NCBI GenBank assembly: GCA_951406725.2
Contig: OX597816.1
Span: 9,920,001 to 9,984,000, forward strand
Length of the DNA stretch: 64,000 nucleotides
Reading direction: 5' to 3'
Origin: Octopus vulgaris
Taxonomy: Eukaryota
Shown here piece by piece: positions 1 to 12,787 of this stretch; position 1 is the first letter of the stretch; the number at the start of each line of letters is the position of its first letter. The position numbers and the translations under genes are program-made. A model generated the notes under the pieces. The model was given only the letters and a program-made list of their open reading frames with translations. It was not told the origin of the DNA and made no database searches.

Positions 1-127
1 TAGAAACACTGCCAGATCAAGATTGGAGCCTGGTGCAGCCATCTGCTTTGCCAGCCCTCAGTCAAAATCGTTCAACCCATGCTAGCATGGAAAGCGGACG
101 TTAAACAGTTATGATGATGATGATGAT
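1..127 (+). mobile_element. SINE-like family A, 3' part with (GAT)n tail
   Basis: gattggagcctggtgcagcc...cccatgctagcatggaaagcggacgttaaac + (gat)n; the same block recurs more than 12 times in the window. Confidence 0.85.
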
Positions 128-1463
128 CAACCACATGAAGTTGTTCGGTATGATTAAATAATCCTCTTTAATAACGTGATTATAAACAGATCTTGGCATT
201 TGTGCATGGAATACAAACAATTTCTCTCACACTGTGTGTGTGTGTATGTACACACATGCATGTCATGCAGTATGAAATGGTACAATGCAGGTAATAGTTA
301 GCTAACAATTCATTCTCTGTCACTATAATAACGAAGTGACTAGTAAAAAGACATTGGAATTCCTAGCTCTGAGCTGTTAAGTGCAATGCGAGACACTAAT
401 GGGGAGCATGACCTCGCTATAAAATGTGTTATATCATTACTATGAAACCTGAATGTCTAGATCATAATTTGATACACAATTTAATATACACCTAAATACG
501 ATGTTTTGTGGAATAAATGGTCTGTGAGGAATTCGAATTCAGGCAACTGGTTTAACTGTAGACTTATAATTTTTGGCTCTAGTCACCAAAATCCTTGACT
601 GAATGAGAGTTATTTAAGTTACCTAAAATAAGTTAAATAACTATTATAACAAGTTCAATAAGATGGGAAAGACGTGAGTATTCATTTACTTACTTCAGCT
701 GTATCTAAACAAAACCAAAATGGTTTTAGTTTATTAGATGGCAATCGAATAGAAAATGGCTTTGTACACAAGAAACCTGATATTGAATTAATGTTTTAAG
801 TGCTCTGGAGGTGGGAATTAGCAGCTGTAAAATACTTGAGAATTTATCTGAATGTTTGGCGGATTTATTAAACATAGCTGGAAATTAGTTGTGCGAGGGA
901 GTCAATTCTAGGACAGCTTTTATTCCAGCTTCTTCCTCTGTTACTCTTGAGACACAGGAAGAGCAGTTGATAAAAATAGCTGATATAATTTTATTTGAGA
1001 AAACCCGTAGTAAATGTTTATTTATCTTGTGGAAGTGTACAATAAATAGTCGAGTGCTTACCTTATGAGATCCAGAGTTATCTATTAATGAATGACCAGC
1101 TCAGGAAAATTTGCTAAAACTATTCCCACCAGCTAACCAGACTGAGACAATGGAGTCTAAAGTGTCCTAAAAGGAAACACAATGAAATGTCTGCAGAATG
1201 GTTGTAAATCTTGGTTCTATGGCAGCTTATCACCATTTTATGATGATTGTATGTACACATAAAAACAAATGCATTCATTGGGCATCTGGTACATTGAATA
1301 ACTTTTCTTTCCTTTTGTATATCTTGGCTGATGGAGATAAGTATACATGAGAGTTTCCGGTATGATGGTGTTTGTGGCAAGATGGAGTGGATTCAGATTT
1401 AGGTACAAGGACAGCAGCTTTGAGGGGAGGGGTTAAGTTGATACCACCAATCTCAGTATTTGT

Positions 1464-1677
1464 CTGGCAGAAACGTTAGCACGCCGGGCGAAATGCTTCG
1501 CGGTATTTCGTCTGCCGTTACGTTCTGAGTTCAAATTCCGCCGAGGTCAACTTTGCCTTTCATCCTTTCGGGGTCAATTAAATAAATACCAGTTATGCAC
1601 TGAGGTCGATATAATCGACTTAATCCATTTGTCTGTCCCCTTTGTATGTAGCCCCTTGTGGGCAGTAAAGAAATAGG
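1464..1677 (+). mobile_element. tRNA-derived SINE family C (Meta-domain-like core)
   Basis: ctggcagaaacgttagc head, B-box gagttcaaattcc, core gcctttcatcctttcggggtc, tail gccccttgtgggcagtaaagaaatag; about 10 copies in window. Confidence 0.85.
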
Positions 1678-1899
1678 TATTTTATTTTATTGACTAGAAA
1701 TGATGACAGGTAAAGTTGACCTCTGATCATAAAGAATCAATACAATACCACATCAATACAATACCACATCTTCTGATGCTCTTACAATTCTGTCCATTTG
1801 TTGCTTTGTCTCATCTCATGTAGGTCATCCCAATAGGGGTTTCGGTTGTGCATAGTATAGGAGTCACAGGGTGCTGCTCCCTGTGGTCCCACAGTTTCC

Positions 1900-2340
1900 A
1901 TCTAAATAAGAATATTAGGGTCTCGTCCATTGTCTTGTATTCAAGATCTTCTGCATGACATCCTGCTAGTTCAAAGCCAGGAATCTGATCTGTTAGGTCC
2001 TGCCGATATTTAAATCCATGCCCTGCTGTCAACGCTTCGATTTATTGTCATTAAGGTTTTGTCTGTCTCCTACCCTTTGACCTGTCTGGCCTGATAAGAC
2101 CTGCCTGAAGATTTCTCTCCCTCCAGCATAGCTCTCCAGGTCAATGGAGCACACAGGCACTTCACCATGATAAGGTACTTGTTGAATTGGCCGTTGACTA
2201 CACAGTAGTTCTGCTCTTTGACAGGTTTTATTTTTCATCCCACAGGGTGTCCAACAATCCCCCTCCTCACCAAGCAAGCTTGATGGGGTTGCCATTTTAG
2301 TCGCGATGACCCATGCGACAGGTTGTACTGGATTACATGT
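1900..2340 (-). mobile_element. Possible decayed RTE-clade LINE 5' UTR
   Basis: Minus strand ccttatcatggtgaagtgcctgtgtgctccattgacctggagagctatgc...caggtcaaagggtaggagacagacaaa resembles BovB/Expander-type 5' UTRs; no intact ORF. Confidence 0.35.
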
Positions 2341-2643
2341 TACCAGTAGCGCTCAAGAGCGACCTGACCACAATTGTTGCTTTGGTAACAAGCTATAACA
2401 TTCGATTGTGCAATGAATAACTGTATACTTACTTTTAGTGTTTTTTCTTCTTTCTGTTTTCTTTTTTTTTTTTTGTCATTAGCCTGCAGCCATGCTGGGA
2501 AACTGCCTTCAAGCTTTTTAATCAATCAGATCAATGCCAGTACTTATGTCAATTTGATACTTATTTTATAGATCTCCGTTTATTGAACTGCATAGTTGCA
2601 CTTTTTGACACAACACTGGTAAACACCAGACATTAACACAACA

Positions 2644-3012
2644 TCATTATCATCATCATCGTTTAATGTCTGCTTTCCATGCTAGCAAGGGTTGGACGGT
2701 TCAACTGGTGTCAATTTTAGCCCCTTGTGGGTAATAAAGAAATAGGTTCAACTGGTGTCTGGGAAGCCAGAAGGCTGCACCAGGTCCAGTCTGATCTGGC
2801 AGAGTTTCTACAGCTGGATGCCCTTCCTAACACCAACCACTCTGTGAGTGTAGTGGGTGCTTTTTACATGCCACTGGCACAGGTGCCAGACGAGGCTGGC
2901 AAATGGCCACGATTGGATGGAGCTTTTTACGTGCCACTGGCACAATCATCATCATCATCATCGTTTAGCGTCCGCTTTCCATGCCAGCAAGAGTTGGACA
3001 GTTCAACTGGGG
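2644..3012 (-). mobile_element. Cluster of family A SINE fragments
   Basis: Two (cat)n tails and a family A body on the minus strand, with a short family C tail fragment at ~2715-2745. Confidence 0.75.
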
Positions 3013-3302
3013 TCTGTATGCATATATATTTATATGCATAAACATTTAAAGTGGAATCACACTGCATCAACCTTCTGCTCTCTCATCACTAAACCTTTCT
3101 CACTAACCTCCTGCGATTGCTATTTACTTCCCACCTGTTATCTACTCTCCTAATTGTGTCTCTACCCTACCTCAACAACCCTTTAGTGTTTAAACCGGCC
3201 ATATCTGGCCCAGATATTCTACATGTTTTATATTCAAACTTCTTCTTCTTCTTCTTATTATTATTATTATCGTTATTATTATTATTAAAGGCGCATAGTG
3301 AA

Positions 3303-3638
3303 GGCGCATGGCTCAGTGGTTAGAGCGTCGAGCTTACGATCGTGAGGTTGTGAGCTCGAATCCCGGACCGGGCTGCGTGTTGTGTTCTTGAGCAAGGCAC
3401 TTTATTTCACGTTGCTCCAGTTCACTCAGCTGTAGAAATGAGTTGCGACGTCACTGGTGCCAAGCTGTATCGACCTTTGTCTTTCCCTTGGATAATACTG
3501 GTGGCGTGGAGAGGGAGGCTGGTATGCATGGGCGACTGCTGGTCTTCCATAAACAACTTTGCCCGGACTTGTGTCTAGGAGGGTAACTTTCTAGGTGCAA
3601 TCCCAAGGTCATTCATGACCGAAGGGGGTCTTTACCCT
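3303..3638 (+). mobile_element. tRNA-derived SINE family D, full length
   Basis: A-box tggctcagtgg, B-box-like gagctcgaatcc, core gtgttcttgagcaaggcactt; near-identical inverted copy at 27271-27611. Confidence 0.9.
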
Positions 3639-3729
3639 TATTATTATTATTATTATTATTATTCAGGTCACTGCCTGGAATCGAACTCACACCTAACCTA
3701 CATTGACATTCTAAAAATAAACAATCATA

Positions 3730-4143
3730 GGCGCAGGAGTGGCTGTGTGGTAAGTAGCTTGCTTACCAACCACATGGTTCTGGGTTCAATCCCACTGCAT
3801 GGCACCTTGGGCAAGTGTCGTCTATTATAGCCTGGTGCCGACCAAAGCCTTGTGAGTGGATTTGGTAGATGGAAACTGAAAGAAGCCATTGTATATATGT
3901 ATATATATGTATATGTATGTGTGTATATAATTTTGTGTGTCTGTGTTTGTCCCCTCAACATCGCTTGACAACCGATAGTGGTGTGTTTACGTCCCCGTAA
4001 TGTAGCAGTTCAGCAAAAGAGACTGATAGAATAAGTACTAGGCTTCCAAAGAATAAGTCCTGGGGTCAATTTGCTCGACTAAAGGCAGTGCTTCAGTATG
4101 GCCACAGTCAAATGACAGAAACAAGTAAAAGAGAGTAAAAGAG
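3730..4143 (+). mobile_element. tRNA-derived SINE family B, full length
   Basis: A-box tggctgtgtgg, B-box ggttcaatccc, internal (TA/TG)n, tail ...gaaacaagtaaaagag; more than 12 copies in window. Confidence 0.9.
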
Positions 4144-4529
4144 TTATATCATTGAAACCTCAAAACTATAAGATAATGCATGATTAATTCAAAACAATTT
4201 GAGTGGAAAAGTATTACATTTAACAGAGTAATCTGAACACTAAAGGGTTAAACCTTTATGTTGCCAATAAAATGCCTTGAACCCTAGCAGATTGTCCAAC
4301 CTATGCTCTTATGCCAGGTGGACTAACTCATCCTATCACTGCATCCACCTACTCACCTCACCCCACTACCATTGCCACATCTGCTCTATCCCCTTCTTTC
4401 ACACTAACTCCTGGCATTACTCTTCCTCTCCTGTGTCTCCTTCACTCCCTTTCCAACACAGTTCCTTGTTATTCTCTCCACTCACATCCTTTTGCAGTTT
4501 GTTCTTGTCCATCACAGAGTGTTCTCTTT

Positions 4530-6264
4530 TTATTATTATTATTCAGTAGTTTTATTTTTATAGCGTGCTTTCACTTCACTACCGAGTGCAGCTCTGTGTG
4601 CTTTGGGTATGTGCTGTGATTTGTTGTGATGCTCTGATGGTTACTGTATGGAAAGTGTTCTGCGTAGGATGTGTGCAGTGCCTAGTAGTGCAATTTTCTG
4701 TATGTTATATGTGTTTGTAAGTCCTGGTGTTTTTGTTATGTATTTGTCTGAATATTTCTTTATCATGCCTAATGCACCTACTATGATAGGAATTGTTTCT
4801 GTTTTCAGATTCCACATTCTAGTTACCTCTATTTCCAGGTCTTTGTATTTTGAGAGTTTCTCCATTTCTTTTAGAGACACGTTGTCATCTGCCGGTATTG
4901 ATACATCAATTAGAAAGCATTTTTTTCTTCATGATCTCTGACAACTATATCTGGTCTGTTGGCCTTAATTTCTCTATCTGTGTGTATCGGCATATCCCAG
5001 AGTATGGTTGCTTTCTCGTTTTCTGTGACCTTTTCTGGTGTGTGCCTATACCATCTTTTTTCTGTTGTTATTCCATAATGTTGGCATAGCTTCCAATGTA
5101 TGTAGGTTCCAACTCTGTCATGTCTGTGAATATATTCCTTCTTAGCCAGGACTGGGCAGTCAGAGATAATATGATTTATTGTTTCTTGTCCATCTCCACA
5201 TATTCTGCAGTTACTTGTAATATTTCTTTTCATTACATGTTTTTGGTAATTTCTGGTGGGGAGGCTTTGGTCTTGTGCTGCGATTAAAAATCCCTCTGTT
5301 TCTGCTTTGAGTCCTGAGCTTCTCAACCATTGCTGGGATTTTTCTTTGTCTATTTCTTTTGCGTTTAGTTTAGTGCAGTATTTACCATGAAGGGGCTTTT
5401 CTTGCCATCGTTTTATCATGGTTCGTTGCTGTTCTATTTTTAGTTTGGATTTCATTTGTTTTATAGCTTTTGTTGTTTCTTCATCATCTTCTTCTTCTTC
5501 TTCGTGTTTATTAGGTGGTATGATTTCTTGTTTGTATTTGTCAGCTTCCTTAAATACTGAGAACAGTTTTTTGTTTTGCTCGTGTTTTGCTGCTATCTGG
5601 ATCAGTTTTCCTTCCTTCTGAAGTAGGTATTTTTGCAGTCCTATGGTGGTTATTTTATAGTAGTTTTCCAGCTGTATAAGGCCTCTACCACCTTCTATAC
5701 GTTGTATATATAGTCTTTCTATGTCAGATTTTGGGTGATGCATCCTAGATCCTGTCAGTATTTTTCTTGTTTTCCTATCTATTTTGGACAGTTCATTTTG
5801 TGTCCAGTTAAGGATATTGTAGCTGTAACTTATAACTGGGACAGCTAAAGTGTTGATACCTATTATCTTGTTTTTAGCATTGAGCTCTGTTTTTAGTATT
5901 GATCTAACTCGTCTATAATATTCTTTTTTTAATTTTCTCTTTCATTTGTGTGTGTTGTGTCTTATCTAGTTCATGGATTCCTAAGTATTTGTAAGTTTGG
6001 CTTTGGTCTAATTCTTTTATTTCATTGGTTTTATCTAGTGTGATGTTGTTACTCTTAACTAGTTTTCCTCTTTTCATGGTTACTTTGGCGCATTTTTCTA
6101 ATCCAAATTTCATATCTATTTCTTTGGTAAATCCATGAACTGTCTTTAATAGTGTTTCCAGCTGTTTGTCATTTGCAGCGTATAGTTTTAGGTCATCCAT
6201 ATATAAAAAGTGGCTGATCGTTTTGCCGTAACATTTATATCCGCATCCAGTTCTATTTAGCATA

Positions 6265-6265
<1 letters not shown>
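4530..6265 (-). mobile_element. 5'-truncated R4/Dong-type non-LTR retrotransposon (RT + CCHC + restriction-like endonuclease)
   Basis: YMDD RT motif, YKYLG, GGRGL, CRICG..ETINHIISDC..RHD zinc knuckle, RPDIVV..IDVSIP..KLSKY endonuclease; (TAA)n at both ends. Confidence 0.92.
4641..6263 (-). pseudogene. RT/RLE polyprotein C-terminal half, two single-base frameshifts
   Basis: ORFs 5913-6263, 4910-5743 and 4641-4880 join into one frame if 1-nt indels at T7 runs 5924-5930 and 4920-4926 are corrected. Confidence 0.88.
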
Positions 6266-6266
<1 letters not shown>

Positions 6267-6309
<43 letters not shown>

Positions 6310-6399
6310 TCACTGCCTGGAATGGAACTCGGAATCTTGGAGTTAAGAATGGGGCTACTTACCCCAAAATTTCGAGTTCAATTCCAGGCAGTGACCTGA

Positions 6400-6439
<40 letters not shown>
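6267..6439. repeat. Inverted repeat: two head-to-head tRNA-like fragments with (TTA)n/(TAA)n arms
   Basis: attcaggtcactgcctggaatggaactc versus gagttcaattccaggcagtgacctgaat; third fragment at 3661-3688. Confidence 0.85.
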
Positions 6440-6440
<1 letters not shown>

Positions 6441-6462
6441 CCAGGTTGGAAATTTCCCCAAG

Positions 6463-6504
6463 ACACCTGATGAAGGTTGGAGGGTATATTAGCTGAAACG
6501 TGTT
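6463..6504 (+). ncRNA. Degenerate hammerhead-ribozyme-like motif (Penelope type)
   Basis: acac-CTGATGA-a-ggttg(gagggtatat)tagct-GAAAC-gtgt; stem III and cleavage triplet incomplete. Confidence 0.45.
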
Positions 6505-7654
6505 TGCAACAAACAAAATGAGGACAAATATCCATCAAATGTAAGTAATATAAATAATGTAAAGAGTGTTCAACTGGTACTGAAGGTTGATCTTGGGGGG
6601 AATTCGAACTCAGAAATTAAAGACAGACAAAATGCTGCTCAGCATTTCACCTGGTCTACTAACGATTCTGCCAGTTTGCCACTTTCAAATGAATACGCTG
6701 TGTTATATAAGCTGGTGATTTCATAAGATGTGTGCTATGTGGGTTGTGTTATATGACTGGGTAGTTATTCTGAGGAGTATGTGTTGTGTAAATTTGTGTT
6801 GTTTTAGTATGCAATAAGTGTGTGGGGTAAGTGTAGTGTGAATTGGGCAAAAAAGTGTATTATGTGAGTTGTGCTTTTGAATTAACATTGTCTTGTGTAG
6901 GATGTGAACTATGTCGAACAGACTATTTTTTTTAACAATGTGTAGAATTGGAAAAACCCTTGTGTGTTTTTTTTTTATTGTACCAATTATTATTAGCACT
7001 GTGCTTACGAAATAATCTTTACCGTTACAGACCAGGATTAGTTGAATCAGACTTGTTTTTTTTTGTTTTCCTCTTTTGGTATCTACTTACTTTCAATCTC
7101 GACCCATCTGTATTCTTTTTGGTTATAAAAATCTCATTCTAAATCTAATGGACACATTCAACATATTTTTGTCGGCTGCTGCATATGCTGCTGTAATCGC
7201 ACAGTTTTTTGTTGCACATTTAATGCAATCACTGTTCCCTTTTCTTTACAAAGTAACCGAAATCTTAACAGAGACTGTTATTTCTTTGACTGCTTGGTAC
7301 TCAAATAGTTTCTGCACTTGATCAGTTGCAGAGAATGAATGGATATTTGCAGAAGAGGCAATCAAAGAAATGGTAGATATATGTATGTATAAAGAAAGAG
7401 CAAGAGAGAAGAAAATCTACAGATCCAGCAAGTTAAAAATCTAATGGCCATAGAAAGATATGCATTCACATATGTGGAAGCTGTGTTCAACAGTTGAATA
7501 TATTTGTGCTTTTTAAAAGTGGTGCCAACTTACAGGAATAGAAATCTTTCTTATCTGTTGAGAAAAAATATATATATACCGTATCTATTGTAGTTTTAGA
7601 ATTTTAAGGTAACATTTTCTAACTGTAGTTGTTTCACCTTTGGTAATAATAGTC

Positions 7655-8048
7655 GGCGCAGGAGTGGCTGTGTGGTAAGTAACTTGCTTACCAACCACAT
7701 GGTTCAGGGTTCAGTCCCACTGCATGGCACTTTGGGAAAGTGTCTTCTACTATAGCCTCAGGCCGATCAAAGCCTTGTGAGCGGATTTGGTAGACGGAAA
7801 CTGAAAGAAGCCCGTCGTATAAATATATATATATGTATATGTGTGTGTGTTTATGTGTTTGTGTTTGTCCTCCCAACATCACTTGACAACCGATGCTGGT
7901 GTGTTTACATCCCCGTAACTTAGCGGTTCAGCAAACGAGACTGATAGAATAAGTACTAGGCTTACAAAGAATAAGTCCTGGGGTCGATTTGCACAACTAA
8001 AGGCAGTGCCCCAGCATGGCCACAGTCAAATGACTGAAACAAGTAAAC
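7655..8048 (+). mobile_element. SINE family B
   Basis: Full head-to-tail match to 3730-4143. Confidence 0.9.
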
Positions 8049-8364
8049 GAATAGATCTGGGAACATCAGATAATAACCATTCTGTTTGAGCAGATTTATT
8101 ATTAATGATATTAGAACTATGACTACTCTGTCTTTTTGTATATCCATTTGTGACATAGGATGTGAGTTAGAGATTTAGCTGCTATTTCTAGCAGGTCATG
8201 TGACTTCATGAAGGTTCACTTATTGGCTCGGATGTTTTCTATTCACGTTTGGTTGAGATGGTTTGTTCTAGCATTTGCAACATTTTGATGTTTTCAGAAA
8301 CAAATTCTTTTACATAAATTGTAAAATTGGTTCTGTTTTACTTTCTGAAGATATGACTAACATA

Positions 8365-8817
8365 GGCACAGGAGTAACATAGGCACAGGTAGCTTGCTTA
8401 CCAACCACATGGTTCCCCGTTGATTCCCACTGCGTGGCACTTTGGACAAGTGTCTTCCACTATAGCCTTGGAATGACCAAAGCCTTGTGAGTGGATTTGG
8501 TAGATGGAAACTGAAAGAAGCTCATTGTATATATATGTGTGTGTGTGTGTGTGTGCCTCTATGTGTGTGTGTGTGTGTGCCTCTATGTGTGTGTTTGTGT
8601 GTGTATATTTGTGTGTCTGTGTTTGTCCCTCCACCATCGCTTGACAGCTGATGTTGGTGTGTTTACATTCCCCATAACTTAGCGGTTCGGCAAAAGGGAC
8701 TGCTAGAATAAGTACTAGGCTTACAAAGAATAAATCCTGGGGTTGATTTGTTCAACTAAAGGCGATGCTCCAGCATGGCCACAATCAAATGATTGAAACA
8801 AGTAAAAGAATAAAAGA
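8365..8817 (+). mobile_element. SINE family B
   Basis: Match to family B; short duplication at the head. Confidence 0.88.
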
Positions 8818-11674
8818 AAGACCATCTGTATTCAGATTTTTGAGGAGTGCAGGTGAGGTCTTAGGCAACATATGTCAGGTGATGCCAATGAAGAAAAACA
8901 AAGAGAAAGAATTTTGTATTATCTTACATGGTTCCCTAAATGATCCTAAAATATTTTAGGAAAATGCTTTTCATCACACAAGCACTTGATAATGGCCTGC
9001 TTGAACTCTTTGGTTATTTCTTTATCCTGGATTACTTGAAAAGGCAAATTTTTCCTGAAATATTATAGGAATATTAAACAACCTGTGTAAAGTAATACAA
9101 TATCTTTTCTCTTTGTTTACATTCATTGACATCGCTTTATATATTCAGTTTTGAGTTATCACATGCAGTGCTCACAGGGTTTTGTAAACATCTCATTTAC
9201 ACACAATGCAATGCTTCATGTAAATTACAAGGTTTTTTTTTGGTATTATAATTAAATTAAAGAATCTGAAGGACTTCTTTAGCAGAATAAGCAAGTGTTA
9301 GGCAAGAGATATTGTATGTAAATTCCATGACAGAAAAATTGTGGACAATAAATATAACTAGGAAAGATAACAGCTGTTTAAAATAATGAATCATTTTTTG
9401 TTGGTTGGTGTTGAACCTAAATTTTAGATTTAAATTTTCATTTAAATTCTGGTGTATTGACAAGATGGTGTCAATAGTGTATGGAATTATCGATTTATAA
9501 TTAATTCCATGTTGATTTGGAAATTTTTAAAAGTGAAATCTCTATGATAGGAAAGTGACAATTAGTAATATTTAATAACCAATTGATATGCAATCAAGAC
9601 TGATATAATTACGTTTATGCACCTGGGGAAAAGCAAACGATAAAGCATGCAGTTATTCTACACAATAACCTGTGTATTTAAAGTTTAATTCTTTCCGCAC
9701 GAACCCACCTGAGAAAACCTTTTGATTTTGTGATATAAACTTTTGATCTTCAATTAAAACCTTCCCTTGAAATTCCATGTTAATTTATGTTCCAGACACC
9801 TGTTTAATAACGACAAAATTATTTCTACTAAATTACTCTTTGCCTCTCAACATTTCGCATAAAGTCATCTCCCTCAACGTTACACTCTCACTCAATTGAG
9901 GCCTCACCTTGTGAGTTACCTGGTGATCTCACTAGTGCCAGTGATGCGGAAAAGCACCCAGTACACTTTGTAATGAGGGTGGTATTAGAAAGGGGCACCC
10001 AACCATAGAATAAACACTAAAACATACACCGGAACCCAACTCAGTTGTCTGATTTGTTAAATCCTGTCAAACTATCCAACCGATTCCAGTGGGAAGCATT
10101 GATGGTAAATAATGATGAAATTCTTCATTTTCATTTTCAAGATTAATTGAAGAAAAAGCAGTGCATTTCTACAGAAATGTGGTCAAGAAAAGGTTAAAAT
10201 TGAATACTTAAACTATATATAAGTGAAATGTTTATAACCTAAAATTATTTGAATAATTTTACTTGTATAATGATAGCTGATGGTAGGAAAGTTATTTTGG
10301 CTCTCAGTATCTTCTTTCACTGCAACTTACAGAAATATATATTGTTAAAGTAGTGAACTACTTAAAATGTGCTTCAGACTAAAATATTCTTTCTTTTTTC
10401 TTTCTTTTATAATATTGTTGTTTCAACTGTATGAAGAAACAAATACAAGCAATGTCGACAAATTGGATTTAAGCTCTGTATCCATATTGAATACTGTCCT
10501 AAACAACATGACTTGATGGAAAAGATATTTTAGGAGGCATAAAAAAAAAACAGTGAAAAGAGAAAAAAAAAAATGATAAAGAAATGTTCAGTGAAAATAA
10601 TAGAGAGGGAGACTATTTCAGGTATGTAACAATATAACAATAGGTAAAATAAAAAGAAAACAGTTTTAAAATGTTTATTTAAAATGTTATCTTTCAGTTT
10701 GATTTGTCTGAAAAAAAAAAATGTTTTCATTTCCAAAGTTTACATATTTATGCTGATGATAATAAGTAGGAAATAATAATGAAAATAATACATACTTTTT
10801 TTATAAAAAAAAAAATGACTAAATATTTCATACATTTTTCGGAATGTCTCAAGCCCTATCATTTAAGAATTCAATTTCAGTTGAGATCTGTTATTATTGA
10901 ATGTATTTATAATGTGAGAATATTATACTGAATCTGTGAAAAATAGAAAAAAAAATTCTTCATAAAGGAAATAAGTTGATTTCAGAATAGTAGAATGGTA
11001 AATATTCTGAGTAACAAATTCAATTATTGGAAATTTATGGAAAATTCTTAGAGTCAAGCAATGACTAACATAAGAATTTTGTACATTGTTTAGGGGGTTA
11101 CAAAAGAGAAAGAAATATAGATTGAAAGAAAAATGTTTCTGTTTATTTCTAAATGAATTCTATTTAGTTTTAGTTCAGTGATTGAACGTATGTTTTGATA
11201 TTGCAGTAAAACATTTGAGAGATAAACTGAAAACTAGTCTTATATGATTTCCTTCATTCTCCGATATATATCTTATCTGCGGCAGACTTAAAACATATTA
11301 TTTTGTCACCTGATGATTTCTATGAAGATATCTAACCAAAACTGAAATATATGCCTGTAATATAACACTCAGGTAACATATAAGCTATTCTAACAAACAC
11401 AACTTCACACTTACATGTAACACTTGGTTTTACATATAAACTAGACAAGCAAGCACAACAGCCATCATGATTTCAGAATTCTAAAGACTTTTACTATGTA
11501 AAGATATGCAATGAATGGCAGAGCTGGGTGAATAATATGGAAGCAAGAGTTTCTATGCTTGTCACAGAAACTACTCCTAGTTTTTCTGTAATTTTGAAAT
11601 ATATCATATATCTGAGTTTATAGTAATAAGTTCTTGCCTCAGTGCTTGGGAAAAAAGTATAGATACAACTTTAT

Positions 11675-12228
11675 TATAATAATGAAATTATTATATACAG
11701 TGTTCAGGTGCACCACAACTTGTCAAAAGTGCATATAAAGCATGTGTCTTGACGTACAAATGTCTGGGAAGTGAACAGTGTATGAGTCAGATACATGAGT
11801 CAGGTGTAGTGTTGGCGAATCTCAGGAAGCATGGAAGTTTTGAAGAATGAAGTGCTCCAACAACTAACAACTGATGCCGGCAGTTTGTTCCATGTTTCAG
11901 CAACCCTTAACGTGAAAAAATGTTTCTGGAAGTCATGGGAGCTGTGCTGTTTTCTGACTTTGTAAACATGTCCACGGGTGTTAGACAGATGGAGTTTGAA
12001 AAGGTGCACAGAGTTATTGTTAGTAAGATGGTTAATAATTTTATGGGTGTCTGCCAAGTCAGCTGCCAGACGTCAGAGTTTCAATTTATCCATGCCCAGG
12101 GAAGTAAGGCGTTCAGAATATGGCAAATGGCTGATGGAAGGTATTCTCTTGGTTGCACGTCGCTGAACGGCTTCCAGACGATTAATATCCTGGGGGTAAG
12201 ATAGGGGTTCCAGACCGGTGATGCAAAT
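11675..12228 (-). mobile_element. CR1-clade LINE 3' fragment (family 1)
   Basis: NTRGH..K..HFF..RV..WNKLP..VV..FK C-terminal motif; 3' UTR repeated at 19765-19905 (+) and 21170-21520 (-). Confidence 0.88.
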
Positions 12229-12284
12229 TTTATAGTTGTGTCTTTAATAGACTCTATGACAATGCTCTTTCAGTCATTGATGTC

Positions 12285-12325
<41 letters not shown>

Positions 12326-12502
12326 TTTGGAGTACATCACTGGAGAGCTAAATAAGACCTTATTAGTAGTACACTCGTGTAGATACCCAACAATATGTGT
12401 ACACCTGGGTTCTGATCACCTACACTCTGTGCTGGGTATGTGATAGCTTGGATCGACTCAGTATTACCATACTATCGTGACCAAATGATAAATGTATTGA
12501 CC

Positions 12503-12787
12503 CTTAGGTCGTTGCCAGTGCCGCTGGACTGGCTCCTGTGTAGGTGGAATATAAAAAACACCATTTGAGCGTGGCTGTTGCCAGTACTGCCTGACTGGCC
12601 CTCGTGCCGGTGGCACATAAAAGTACCCACTACACTCTCGGAGTGGTTGGTGTTAGGAAGGGCATCCAGCTGTAGAAACTCTGCTGGATCAAGATTGGAG
12701 CCTGGTGCAGCCATCTGGTTCGTCAGTCCTCAGTCAAATCATCCAACCCATGCTAGCATGGAAAGCGGATGTTAAACGATGATGATG
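12503..12787 (+). mobile_element. SINE-like family A
   Basis: Internal repeats, body and (gat)n tail. Confidence 0.85.

Larger units (their letters stand above)
3179..4247. mobile_element. piggyBac-type MITE carrying nested SINE insertions
   Basis: 12-bp TIR ccctttagtgtt/aacactaaaggg; TTAA at 4248-4251 (left site degenerate, acaa). Confidence 0.65.

Noticed and set aside
1120-1380. 86-aa Cys/His-containing ORF
   Set aside because: No recognisable domain spacing; non-ATG start
3303-3375. tRNA gene (also 22340-22410, 27540-27611, 47455-47525)
   Set aside because: A/B boxes are present but no complete cloverleaf was seen, and each continues into a SINE body
3725-3961. Recurrent peptide ...[26 protein letters not shown] in many ORFs
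   Set aside because: Antisense translation of SINE B, not a gene family
6950-7400. Possible older R4/Dong N-terminal remnant on the minus strand (NCAITAAYAAA, RLKVSRYQKR)
   Set aside because: Similarity too weak and stop-ridden to support without a search
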